NCBI GenBank assembly: GCA_964016885.1 | Contig: OZ024750.1 | Span: 27,032,001-27,096,000, forward strand | Direction of reading: 5' to 3' | From: Eledone cirrhosa | Taxonomy: Eukaryota | DNA: 64,000 nucleotides | In this document: positions 52,086 through 64,000 of the stretch, one piece after another | Numbering within the stretch: position 1 is the stretch's first letter | Layout of the letters: each line of letters starts with the position of its first letter | Notes under the pieces: generated by a model | What the model was told of the DNA's origin: nothing | What the model saw: only the letters and a program-made list of their open reading frames with translations | The model's database searches: none | Made by a program: the position numbers and the translations under genes

Positions 52086-52156
52086 CTATTTCATTGAAAA
52101 GTAATCATCAGGAAAGCCGTTTCCTGATGATTTCTTTGGATGAAACAATTCTAGAC
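52086..52156 (-). other. Candidate terminal exon of module 4 ([23 protein letters not shown]-stop)
   Basis: ttctacag acceptor, phase 1 reading. Confidence 0.5.
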
Positions 52157-52353
52157 CTGTAGAAGGTTTTCTATATTAAACATCATATATCCACACACAC
52201 CAACAAACACACACATACACATGCAAACATATACATATATGTGTGTGAGTGTGTGTGTGACTGTGTGCGTGTATGTGTGTATATGTGGATGTACGTGTGT
52301 GAGTGTGTGTGTGTGTGAGTGTATAATAAATACGTAACAAGCTTATGATATAC

Positions 52354-52488
52354 CTTCTTGGCAATTGTATCCAGTATGACCTGCAGAACATCCATCTGAA
52401 CATCTTCCAGTAAGGGTGTCACAGTTAATGTTCTTGATACAATGGCATGTCTCTTTACAATTAACACCAAACTTTCCTATTCGGCATT
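52354..52488 (-). CDS. EGF-like exon (module 4b) [45 protein letters not shown]
   Basis: AG/GT flanks, 135 nt, 8 Cys. Confidence 0.85.
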
Positions 52489-52659
52489 CTGAAATATATA
52501 TAAGATTACTATATTAAACATCATATTTACACACAAACTCATGCACATACACACCCGCACCCGCCAAACACCCAGACATACAAACACACAAATACACCTA
52601 TATATGTGCGTGTGTGTATATGGTAATTACAGTAATTATGTAACAAGTTTATGATATAC

Positions 52660-52794
52660 CTTCTTGGCAATTGTCACCAACATAACCTCCAGAACATCCA
52701 TCTGAACAACTTCCATTTCGCTTGTCACAGTTTTTGATGTTGATACAATGGCATGTCCCTTTACAATTAACGCCAAACTTTCCTATTCGACATT
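52660..52794 (-). CDS. EGF-like exon (module 4a) ECRIGKFGVNCKGTCHCINIKNCDKRNGSCSDGCSGGYVGDNCQE
   Basis: AG/GT flanks, 135 nt, 8 Cys. Confidence 0.85.
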
Positions 52795-53488
52795 CTGAAA
52801 TATATATAAGATTTCTATATTAAACATCATATTTACACACACATGCACGCACGCACATGCACCCACCACACACCCACACACACAAGGGAGAGTGAAAGAT
52901 AGAGAGAAAGTGATAGTGGTTGTAAGAGAGTAGATTGAAAGAGGGACATAGAGAGAGGGAGAGTAGACAGCGAAGGTGAATGGAGCTGCAGGCTTTGTTG
53001 TGTATATATTTGTATATATAAATGTTCTCTTTTATTTAAATTTGGCAAAGCCGGCCATTTATCTCTCATATACAGGAAACTGACAGGCCAGTCTGCTGAT
53101 ATGCAAATCTGGCTAATATGCAGATCTGACTGATCAGCCAGTCTGCTTATATGCAAATCAGGCCGATGAGTCACTGTGTATTTTTGAAAATAGCATATAT
53201 TTTCACAGGCTCTGACGGTTTTGTAGGAGAACAGTGGGCTGTACTGATGGAGGGTGATACCCAGAAACATTAGTGTCTGCAATTCTGTCCGCATACCAAC
53301 ACAGGAGCAAGAATGAAGTGTTCATTCTACTGACATGGCTATAAAATTAAGGCTTGTTTACATAATTGCAAGAGAATCGAATGATATTAATATTCGAAAA
53401 ACTCAGATTACTTATATATACATATATATATATATGAAAGATGTAAAATAAAAAAATTATAAAAATTAACTTACTTACTAAAATTTCA

Positions 53489-53547
53489 CTCCAACTAATT
53501 AGTTTCTGAAAGGGAAACGTACGGAGAAGCCTTTCGTCATCAGGGAA
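53489..53547 (-). ncRNA. Type I hammerhead; paralogue 57664-57742 has CUGAUUA core mutation
   Basis: ttcc CTGATGA c gaaagg...cctttc a GAAA CTAATTAG TT ggag. Confidence 0.72.
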
Positions 53548-53734
53548 GTCTATTCTCAGCTATGTTTCCAGGCAATGCGTGGACACGGGTAACTTATACA
53601 AAAATAATTCAGTGGATGGAAAAAAGCAAAGCGTGGACTAAGTTCCAAGCCATTGAAAAAATCACTGCCTAACGCGTCGGTAGCAAAATCAAAAGAATCA
53701 ATCACGTATACATATGTTAGTAGATATAGTAATT

Positions 53735-53774
<40 letters not shown>

Positions 53775-54313
53775 GTAATTTGGGTTTTTCGAATATTAAT
53801 AATTGTTTCTATATTTGGCACAAGGCTAGCAATTCTCCAAACCATTACTGGTACTGTATATTAATAAGCACATTCGATTAGTTTGCAATCATGTAAACAA
53901 ACCTCAATTGTATAGCCATGTCAGTAGAATGAACACTTCATTCTTGCTCTCTCTCTCTCTATATATATATATGAAGAAGAAAAGCTGAAATCGAAAATGC
54001 AACTGGAGTCTTGTTTAAAAAAAAATATATCTTTTTGGTTCCTTTACCGGTTTCTCAGTTCTTCTGCTTTTCAAAAGTAGAGTTGAGATAGAGGGTCTAT
54101 AGTTTTTCTCACTGTGAGAAAAACCACAGATCCTCCATATCAACAATACTTTTTAAAAGCAGAAGAATGCGAAACGGTAAAGGAAGCAAATAAATATATA
54201 TAATTTTTAAAAGATAAGACTCCAGTTGCATTTTCGATTTCATCTTTTTTTCTTTATACTTTCACTCGTGTAGGACACATCGGTTATTTTTAATTTTGCA
54301 AAAAAAACCTCAC

Positions 54314-54371
<58 letters not shown>

Positions 54372-54399
54372 ATATATATATATATATATATATTTAATG

Positions 54400-54434
<35 letters not shown>

Positions 54435-54437
54435 TTA

Positions 54438-54496
<59 letters not shown>

Positions 54497-54505
54497 TATA
54501 TATAT

Positions 54506-54539
<34 letters not shown>

Positions 54540-54553
54540 ATATATATATATTG

Positions 54554-54624
<71 letters not shown>

Positions 54625-54722
54625 ATATATATATATATATTATATACATATATATATATATACATTAAATATATATATATATATATAAACATTATATATA
54701 TATACATATTATATATATTGTA

Positions 54723-54805
<83 letters not shown>

Positions 54806-54859
54806 TATATATATATATATATTATATATATATATCTATAACTATTAGAATTATTTTAT

Positions 54860-54921
54860 TCAAAAGTAATCATCAGGAAAGCTGTTTCCTGATGATTTCT
54901 TTGGATGAAAATATTCTAGAG
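54860..54921 (-). other. Candidate terminal exon of module 3 ([20 protein letters not shown]-stop, AATAAA overlapping the stop)
   Basis: ttctacag acceptor, phase 1 reading. Confidence 0.5.
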
Positions 54922-55122
54922 CTGTAGAAGGATTTCTATATTAAACATCATATATCCACACACACCAACAAACACGCACATACACACGCAAACATATACA
55001 TATATGTGTGTGAGTGTGTGTATGTGTGTGTGTGAGTGCGCGCGTGTGTGTGTGTGAGCGCGCGCGCGTGTGTGTGTGTGTGAGTGAGTGTATAGTAAAT
55101 ACATAACAAGTTTATGATATAC

Positions 55123-55257
55123 CTTTTTGGCAATTGTCACCATCATAACCTGCAATACATCCATCTGAACATCTTCCATTTCGATGATCACAGTTAATAT
55201 TGTCGTTACAATGGCATGTCTCTTTACAATTAACACCAAACAATCCTACTTGGCATT
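55123..55257 (-). CDS. EGF-like exon (module 3b) [45 protein letters not shown]
   Basis: AG/GT flanks, 135 nt, 8 Cys. Confidence 0.85.
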
Positions 55258-55432
55258 CTGAAATATATATTAGATTTCTATATTAAACATCATATTTACA
55301 CACACAAACTCATGCACATACACGCCCGCACACCCCACACATACAAACACACACATAAACATATATATCTGTGTGTGTGTGTGTGTGTGTATATAGTAAT
55401 TATAGTAATTATGTAACAAGTTTATGATATAC

Positions 55433-55564
55433 CTTCTTGGCATTTGTCACCAACATAACCTGCAGTACATCCATCTGAACATCTTCCATTTCGCTTGTCA
55501 CAGTTTGTGTTGATACAATGGCATGTCCCTTTACAATTAACACCGAACTTTCCTATTCGGCATT
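55433..55564 (-). CDS. EGF-like exon (module 3a), in-frame 3-nt deletion
   Basis: AG/GT flanks, 132 nt, [44 protein letters not shown]. Confidence 0.85.
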
Positions 55565-56243
55565 CTGAAATATATATAAGATTTCTATATTAAACATCAT
55601 ATTTACATACACACACACACACACACACATATACACTCCCACGCCTGCACGCACACACCTACACCCACCACACACCCACACACACATGAGAGAGTGAAAG
55701 ATAAAGAGAAAGAAATAGTGGTGGTAGTGAGTCGATTAAAATAGGGACATAGAGAGAGGGACAGGAGACAGCGAAGGAGATAGAGCTGCAGGCTTTGTTG
55801 TGTATATATTTGTATATATAAATTTTCTCTTTTATTTAAATTTGGCAAAGCCGGCCATTTATCGCTCCTATACAGGAAACCGACTGGCCAGTCTGCTGAC
55901 ATGCAAATCTGGTTAATATGCAGATCTGACTGATCAGCCAGTCTAATAATATGCAAATCAGGCCGATGAGTCACTGTGTATTTTTGAAAATAGCATATAT
56001 TTTCACTGGCTCTGACGGTTTTGCAGGAAAACAGTGGGCTGTACTGATGAAGGGTGATACCCAGAAACGTTAGTGTCTGCCAACAGAGCAGCAAGTATGA
56101 AGTGTATATTCTACTGACATGGCCTTAAAATTAAGGCTTGTTTGCATAATTGCAAGAGATCCGAATGATATTAATATTCGAAAAACTCAGATTACTATCT
56201 ATCTATATATATATATATGTATATATATATGTATCTATTAGAA

Positions 56244-56314
56244 CTATTTCATTGAAAAGTAATCATCAGGAAAGCCGTTTCCTGATGATTCCTTTGGATG
56301 AAACAATTGTAGAC
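56244..56314 (-). other. Candidate terminal exon of module 2 (GLQLFHPKESSGNGFPDDYFSMK-stop)
   Basis: ttctacag acceptor, phase 1 reading. Confidence 0.5.
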
Positions 56315-56517
56315 CTGTAGAAGGTTTTCTATATTAAACATCATATATCCACACACACCAACAAACACACACATACACATGCAAACATATACATATATGT
56401 GTGTGAGTGTGTGTGTGACTGTGTGCGTGTGTGTGTGTATATGTGAATATACGTGTGTGAGTGTGTGTGTGTGTGTGTGTGAGTGTATAATAAATACGTA
56501 ACAAGTTTATGATATAC

Positions 56518-56652
56518 CTTCTTGGCAATTGTCTCCAGTATGACCTGCAGAACATCCATCTGAACATCTTCCAGTAAGGATGTCACAGTTAATTTTCTTG
56601 ATACAATGGCATGTGTCTTTACAATTAACACCAAACTTTCCTATTCGGCATT
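56518..56652 (-). CDS. EGF-like exon (module 2b) ECRIGKFGVNCKDTCHCIKKINCDILTGRCSDGCSAGHTGDNCQE
   Basis: AG/GT flanks, 135 nt, 8 Cys. Confidence 0.85.
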
Positions 56653-56823
56653 CTGAAATATATATAAGATTTCTATATTAAACATCATATTTACACACAA
56701 ACTCATGCACATACACACCCGCACCCGCCAAACACCCACACATACACACACACAAATACACCTATATATGTGTGTTTGTGTATATAGTAATTACAGTAAT
56801 TATGTAACAAGTTTATGATATAC

Positions 56824-56958
56824 CTTCTTGGCAATTGTCACCAACATAACCTGCTGTACATCCATCTGAACAACTTCCATTTCGCTTGTCACAGTTTTTG
56901 ATGTTGATACAATGGCATGTCCCTTCACAATTAACACCAAACTTTCCTATTCGGCATT
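56824..56958 (-). CDS. EGF-like exon (module 2a) ECRIGKFGVNCEGTCHCINIKNCDKRNGSCSDGCTAGYVGDNCQE
   Basis: AG/GT flanks, 135 nt, 8 Cys. Confidence 0.85.
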
Positions 56959-57933
56959 CTGAAATATATATAAGATTTCTATATTAAACATCATATTTAC
57001 ACACACACACACATGCACGCACACACCTTCACCCACCACACACCCACACACACAAGAGAGAGTGAAAGATAGAGAGAAAGTGATAGTGGTCGTAAGAGAG
57101 TAGATTGAAAGAGGGACATAGAGAGAGGGAGAGCAGACAGCGAAGGAGAATGGAGCTACAGGCTTTGTTGTGTATATATTTGTATATATAAATTTTCTCT
57201 TTTATTTAAATTTGGCAAAGCCGGCCATTTATCACTCGTATACAGGAAACTGACAGGCCAGTCTGCTGATATGCAAATCTGGCTAATATGCAGATCTAAC
57301 TGATCAGCCAGTCTGCTGATATGCAAATCAGGCCGATGAGTCACTGTGTATTTTTGAAAATAGCATATATTTTCACAGGCTCTGACGGTTTTGTAGGAGA
57401 ACAGAGGGCTGTACTGATGAAGGGTGATACCCAGAAACATAAGTGTCTCAATTCTGTCCGCATACCAACACAGGAGCAAGAATGAAGTGTTCATTCTACT
57501 GACATGGCTATAAATTTAAGGCTTGTTTACATAATTGCAAGAGAATCGAATTATATTAATATTCGAAAAACTCAGATTACTTATATATACACATATATAT
57601 ATATATATATGAAAGACGTAAAATAAAAAAATTATAAAAATTAACTTACTTACTAAAATTTCACTCCAACTAATTAGTTTCTGAAAGGGAATAAACATAG
57701 TTCCCGAAGAAACGTACAGAGAAGCCTTTCGTAATCAGGGAAGTCTATTCTCAGCTAAGTTTCCAGGCAATGCGTGGACACAGGTGACTTATACAAAAAT
57801 AATTCAGTGGATGGAAAAAAGAAAAACGTGGACTAAGTTCCTAGCCATTGAAAAAATCACTGCCTACTGCGTCGGTGGCAAATTCAAAAGAATCAATCAC
57901 GTATACATATGTTAGTAGGATATACTAATTCTT

Positions 57934-58000
<67 letters not shown>

Positions 58001-58181
58001 GTAATTTGGGTTTTTCGAATATTAATAATTGTTTCTATATTTGGCACAAGGCTAGCAATTACCCAAACCATTATTGTATACTAATAAGCACATTCAATTA
58101 GTTTGCAATTATGTAAACAAGCCTTAATGGTATAGCCATGTCAGTAGAATGAACACTTCATTCTTGCTCTCTCTCTCTATA

Positions 58182-58268
<87 letters not shown>

Positions 58269-58615
58269 ATATATAAAGAAAAAAAGATGAAATCGAAAAT
58301 GCTACTGGAGTCTTGTTTTAAAAAAAAAATATCTTTTTGGTTCCTTTACCGGTTTCTCAGTTCTTCTGCTTTTCAAAAGTAGAGTTGAGATAGAGGGTCT
58401 GTAGTTTTTCTCACTGTGAGAAAAACCACAGACCGTCCATCTCAACAATACTTTTTAAAAGCAGAAGAATGCGAAACGGTAAAGGAACCAAATAATTATA
58501 TATAATTTTTAAAAGATAAGACTCCAGTTGCATTTTCGATTTCATCTTTTTTTCTTTATACTTTCACTCGTGTAGGACACCTCGGTCATTTTTAATTTTG
58601 TAAAAAAATCCTCAC

Positions 58616-58819
<204 letters not shown>

Positions 58820-58882
58820 TATATATATATATTATATATATATATATATATACATTATATATATGTATATATATATATACAT

Positions 58883-58959
<77 letters not shown>

Positions 58960-59028
58960 CTATTAGAACTATTTTATTCAAAAGTAATCATCAGGAAAGC
59001 TGTTTCTTGATGATTTCTTTGTATGAAA

Positions 59029-59039
59029 CTATTCTAGAG
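59029..59039 (-). other. Candidate terminal/stop exon of module 1 (ALE-stop)
   Basis: ttctacag acceptor after the same conserved intron-end sequence that precedes EGF exons; phase 1. Confidence 0.5.
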
Positions 59040-59159
59040 CTGTAGAAGGATTTCTATATTAAACATCATATATCCACACACACCAACAAACTCACACATA
59101 CACACGCAAACATATACATATATGTGTGTGAGTGTGTGTATGTGTGTGTGTGAGTGCGC

Positions 59160-59214
<55 letters not shown>

Positions 59215-59294
59215 TGTGTGTGAGAGCGCGCGTTTGTGTGTGTGTGTGTGTGTGTGTGAGTGTATAGTAAATACATTACAAGTTTATGATATAC

Positions 59295-59429
59295 CTTCTT
59301 GGCAATTGTCACCATCATAACCTGCAATACATCCATCTGAGCATCTTCCATTTCGATGGTCACAGTTAATGTTGTCGTTACAATGGCATGTCTCTTTACA
59401 ATTAACACCAAACCATCCTATGGTGCAAT
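59295..59429 (-). CDS. EGF-like exon (module 1b) [45 protein letters not shown]
   Basis: AG/GT flanks, 135 nt, 8 Cys. Confidence 0.85.
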
Positions 59430-59608
59430 CTGAAATATATATAAGATTTTTATATTAAACATCATATTTACACACCCACACAAACACGTGCACGCACAAA
59501 CCTGCATCCACCACACACCCACACACACAGAAACGTACTCGCACACACATATATCTCAGTGTGTGTATATAGTAATTATAGTAATTATGTAACAAGTTTA
59601 TGATATAC

Positions 59609-59740
59609 CTTGGCAATTGAAACCAACATAATTATCAGAACATCCATCTGAACAACTTCCATTTCCCTTGTCACAGTTTTTGTTGTTGATACAATGGCAT
59701 GTCTCTCTACATTTATCACCAAATTTTCCTAATCGGCATT
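59609..59740 (-). CDS. EGF-like exon (module 1a) ECRLGKFGDKCRETCHCINNKNCDKGNGSCSDGCSDNYVGFNCQ
   Basis: AG/GT flanks, 132 nt, 8 Cys, open frame. Confidence 0.85.
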
Positions 59741-59760
59741 CTGAAAATATCAATATATAT

Positions 59761-59947
59761 AATAACTGTTTCTACTTTAGGCCCAAGGCCAGCAAATACT
59801 CGGTGCATTACTGGTACTTTATTTTATCGACCCCGTAAGGATGAAAGGCAATGTCAACCTCGGCAGGATTTGAACTCAGATCACAAAGGGCCGTAGCTCT
59901 ATGCTTCAAAGCATGGCGTCCGAACCTCTAGCGATACTGCCAATCCA
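59761..59947 (-). mobile_element. tRNA-derived SINE (same insertion site as 39885)
   Basis: Same family and flanks. Confidence 0.85.
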
Positions 59948-60248
59948 ATTAATATATATAATAACGTTGAATATATCATTAATTATATACAGACATCAAT
60001 GATACAAATTTATACTAAGTTTTAAGGTTAGATTGGTCTTGTGATAAACATATGAACTTGTATACTTATTGAATATTATAACGATCCTCTGTAATATGTA
60101 CATTAATTTTTAGTTCAGTTAATGCAATGTTAAAAACATTTTGCAAGAAACAAACAAAATCATATGAAAAATAAACATAATCCTACAAAATCTTACCATA
60201 TTCTATCAGTTCCTACGATATGTATTTGCTACAGTCTTACATTTAAAT

Positions 60249-60310
<62 letters not shown>

Positions 60311-60730
60311 ACACACACACACACATACACACACACACACACACACACTCACACACACATATATATATATATATAAATTAAAAATAATCAAAGCCATGTT
60401 CAAATCATTTTCTTGCTGACAATAGTTTCTTCCAAACTGTCGTTTGGGATCATCGGAGCAGTAGCAATGTTTGTATATATAATTACCCTCCTATTCAACT
60501 GAACAATCCTATAGATACATGGATATTAATGTTGTCAACAACAGTTTCGTAATTTAAGATTATCTTATCAATAAAAATACCATTAAAATCTCTTACTCTA
60601 CCACACCTAACATCGTATACCATATAGCTAGTAGTAATAAAAGGAAGATCAATAATTATTTCCAACTAATTAAATCACAACAGAGGATAAACTTATAGGG
60701 CAACATAGTACCACAGATTTCTAGTAGCAA

Positions 60731-60920
60731 TAATTGTTTCTACTTTAGGCACAAGGCCAGCAATTTCCCAGTACATTACTGGTACTTTATTTTATCGACC
60801 CCGTAATGATGAAAGGCCAAGTTAACCTCGGCGGGATTTGAACTCAGACTGTAAAGCGCCGTAACTATGCTAGAAAGCATGGCGTCCAACCCTCTACCGA
60901 TATTGCCAATTCACCGCCCT
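60731..60920 (-). mobile_element. tRNA-derived SINE nested in PLE, TSD tagtagcaataat
   Basis: Same family; flanking direct repeat at 60722 and 60921. Confidence 0.85.
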
Positions 60921-62801
60921 TAGTAGCAATAATAATAATGATAATAGCACTAATGAAATTAATAACAATAGGAATGACAACCATCATTACCCTAATGCTA
61001 TCCCTAACAACCAGGCATCTACACAACATAGTAACCAGCAAGCAAACAACCAGAATAACTATAACTGTAGAACAAATAGAACTTGCCCCTTAGGTAAAAA
61101 TTGCTCATGCACGGTCAACACAAACAACTCTTCTAAAACATATATTGGTTCAACAACGAACTGCTTCAAGACGAGATATAACTCGCATCTCCACACTTTC
61201 AAAAATCGCAATCTAGCCAACTCCACTTCTTTATCTAGCTAAATACACTCTCTGAAAATAAAACTAGGAATAGACCATATACACTTCAATAGAAGATAGT
61301 AGATAGGGCCGCATCGTATAAACCACCAAATAAATTATGTAACCTCTGTCTTCTAGAGACCCTAACAATAATCTATTCTAAGCTAGACCTCCTAAATAGA
61401 AAATCAGAGATTTTTTCGATGTGCCAGCACTACCACCGACACTCTTTCCATAGCTTTAAACCTAGCTGTTAGTATATAACAATGTCAGATCTGAATTCCT
61501 CACCACCATTAACAATTCACCTCTAGGTCTTATCAGCATATAAGTACCCCCACAGCATAACACTCTATGATCGGCTGAGCACTCTGCCTAACTCCTTTTT
61601 ATCTCAAAGTTTATACTATACAATAACTATGATGAATAAACATAAAGCTAACACCATTTAATATAACCACTATAGCTTGCTTATATTGTATTTACTAATG
61701 GATATGATGAGAGACTTAATGTAGTATAGGAAAATAAATTATATTTATAATTAAATATATAAATTAATAGCATTATATACATGGGATTCACTTATAACAT
61801 AATATAATGTTAATTAATAACACAAGTGATTTTACTAATTGGACCTCTAAACAACTATACATTTTTCTCCTATAGTTTACTTATACTTTATTCAGTAATG
61901 GATAGATAGCAATATAATGAGACCTTTAATGTATTATAGGAAAATAAATTGTATTTAAAATTAAATATAAACAAATAGCATTATATAAAAGGGATTCACT
62001 TATAACACAATATAATGTATATCAACACAGAGAATTTCAGTAATTGGAGCTGTAAACAACTTTACATTTTTCTAATTTCTTCTATCATTTACAATGTAAT
62101 CGCTAGTTACCTCCCATTTCGTATTAGCTCCCCTTAATATAGATCAAACTCACTTCCGGAAATTAAACCGTTAGAAGACTCACCCCACAACAACTCGAAC
62201 CCCGGATAGCAATATAATAGGACCGGTGTACAATCCAAGGCTGTGACTGATTAAAAACCTTCACTAAAATGAAACATAGCCAATGTGATGGAAAAAATAG
62301 CAATAACATTGATACTCTCAGCACATACACATTTGAAAATTACAGAAACAACCGTCACACTACATCCACCATAAACCCATAATTTTAATACAAAAACAGC
62401 TCTGCCTGATATGCCTGTAAACTTATGTTATTTTATGTGATACTTTTACCATGCAGAAGTTATATATGCATCGTACCATTGCTTGTTTCCTTCCTGTATA
62501 TGCCTAATGCATTTGCACTCTCTGTACGCTTGCATATGTACTGCTAGTGTTCTCGTTTTACGAGTAACTTTCTACCTTAATGCCTCTTTAATTGTTATAC
62601 TATTCCCCTGTAATCTCTGTCGCATGCATTCCAGTATGTGCCTTTAAATTTTTTTAATTTTAATTATTGTACAATTCTGTTGAAATCTATGTCGCATCCA
62701 TTCCACTCTGTAAATACGAAACTGTTGTTGACAACATTAATATCCATGTATCTATATGATTGTTCAGTTGAATAGGAGGTTAATTATATGTATAAACATT
62801 G

Positions 62802-62856
62802 TTATTGCTCCGATGACTCCAAACGATAGTTTGGAAGAAACAATTGTCAGCAATAA
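62802..62856 (+). ncRNA. Hammerhead core variant CCGAUGA; inverted copy at 60413-60461 (-)
   Basis: ttattgct CCGATGA c tccaaac gata gtttgga a GAAA CAATTG TC agcaataa. Confidence 0.72.
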
Positions 62857-63022
62857 AATGATTTGAACATAGCTTTGATTATTGTGTAATTTATATTCCG
62901 GCTCTGTAAAAAATCTGATATATTTACATTGAGGTATTTTTCTTACAGGTAATAAGGTAGTAATGAATTACTGACCTTTCCTGTTTATAGTTGTATATAG
63001 TGTATAGACAACTATAAATATT

Positions 63023-63054
<32 letters not shown>

Positions 63055-63069
63055 AATGCATGCATACAT

Positions 63070-64000
63070 ACAAGTTCTCAAGGGAAATACACTTATACCA
63101 GAATGGTGGACATTAACATAAACAATACTGGTCCCCAAGAACAAAGACACCCACTTGGCAAAAAACTATCGACCCATTGCATGCCAGAACCTGATGTATA
63201 AGGTGTATGCAGCCTGCCTGAACCTATTCCTCTAAGATCACTATGAAAATAATAACATCATCACGGATGAACACGCATCTGGAGAGAAAAGGATTTGGAG
63301 GTGGGCTGAACAACTCCTAATCAACAAAACTGCGATGTCGGAGGTGCGACAACTTAGGAGGAATATGGCTACAATCTGGATGGATTACAGGAAAGCTTTC
63401 GATTCTGTTCCCCACTCTGGAATTATAGAGGCCCTCCGACTTGCTAAAGTTCCAGACATTATTATCAGAGCCATAGAGAAGCTGTCTTCTTCTTGGGCTA
63501 CTATCCGAAATTTAAAGACAGAGAAGGACGACTCTATTATCACTGATAAAATATAATATCACATAGGTATATTTCAAGGACACAGTCTCTCTGTGATATT
63601 ATTTATCCTTGCCTTTTCTGCTCAAGAAATGTGAATGATGCATCATTGGCTCACAGGAGGACAGAAATACGAACATAACCCATAATTTCTTTGTGGATGA
63701 TCTGAAACTATATGCCAAGAACATAGATGGGATGAAGAAAAATCTTGACCTTGTTACAACATTCTCAAAGTATATAGGAATGGAGTTTGGTCAAGATAAA
63801 TGTTCATATATGATTGTAAAACGGGAAAAACAACAACCCAATCCAGCAAAATTGTCATCAATGGCATAACTGTTTTACCGATATCTGATGAGGACTGCTA
63901 CAGATACCTGGGGATAGATGAGAACATATCATATAATGGTATCTGTAATAAGGAACGCGTAACCAGGGAATATTACACCCGATTAAGGGAAATATTGTCA
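63070..64000 (+). mobile_element. Decayed non-LTR retrotransposon RT, R4/Dong-like, runs off the window
   Basis: TILVPK, NYRPIAC, EQLLINK, WMDYRKAFDSVPH, GIFQG, VDDLKLY, GMEFGQDKC, YRYLGI with stops and frameshifts. Confidence 0.85.

Larger units (their letters stand above)
60371..62950 (+). mobile_element. Decayed PLE 3' fragment with ~180-bp inverted pLTR ends
   Basis: INKNTIKISYSTTPN, NCRTNRTCPLGKNC, TYIGSTTNCFKTRYNSH, CNLCLLE; 60371-60551 inverts 62715-62896. Confidence 0.85.

Overview
AT-rich, microsatellite-saturated animal genomic DNA; the SINE families and repeat content suggest a mollusc, probably a coleoid cephalopod (inference). Nearly all ORFs in the supplied track are (TA)n/(CA)n artefacts. 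Real content: (1) a minus-strand array of 25 phase-1/phase-1 exons (132-135 nt; 23 intact, 2 damaged), each encoding one 8-Cys EGF/laminin-EGF-like repeat of the MEGF10/SCARF type. They are organised into 13 modules, mostly [EGF exon - EGF exon - short acceptor-led stop cassette], which suggests a cluster of alternative 3' ends or variable 2-EGF products. (2) At least eight Penelope-like element (PLE) insertions, including one intact 820-aa RT/GIY-YIG ORF with ~4-kb microsatellite-filled pseudo-LTRs. (3) About 27 type I hammerhead ribozyme motifs from about 12 families, including core variants (U3-A8, CCGAUGA, 116-nt stem II) and a 593-nt retrozyme-like unit. (4) tRNA-derived SINEs, one non-autonomous Helitron, a decayed R4/Dong-like RT and many fold-back palindromes. 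All structure and splice calls were made by eye; no expression or activity data are available.
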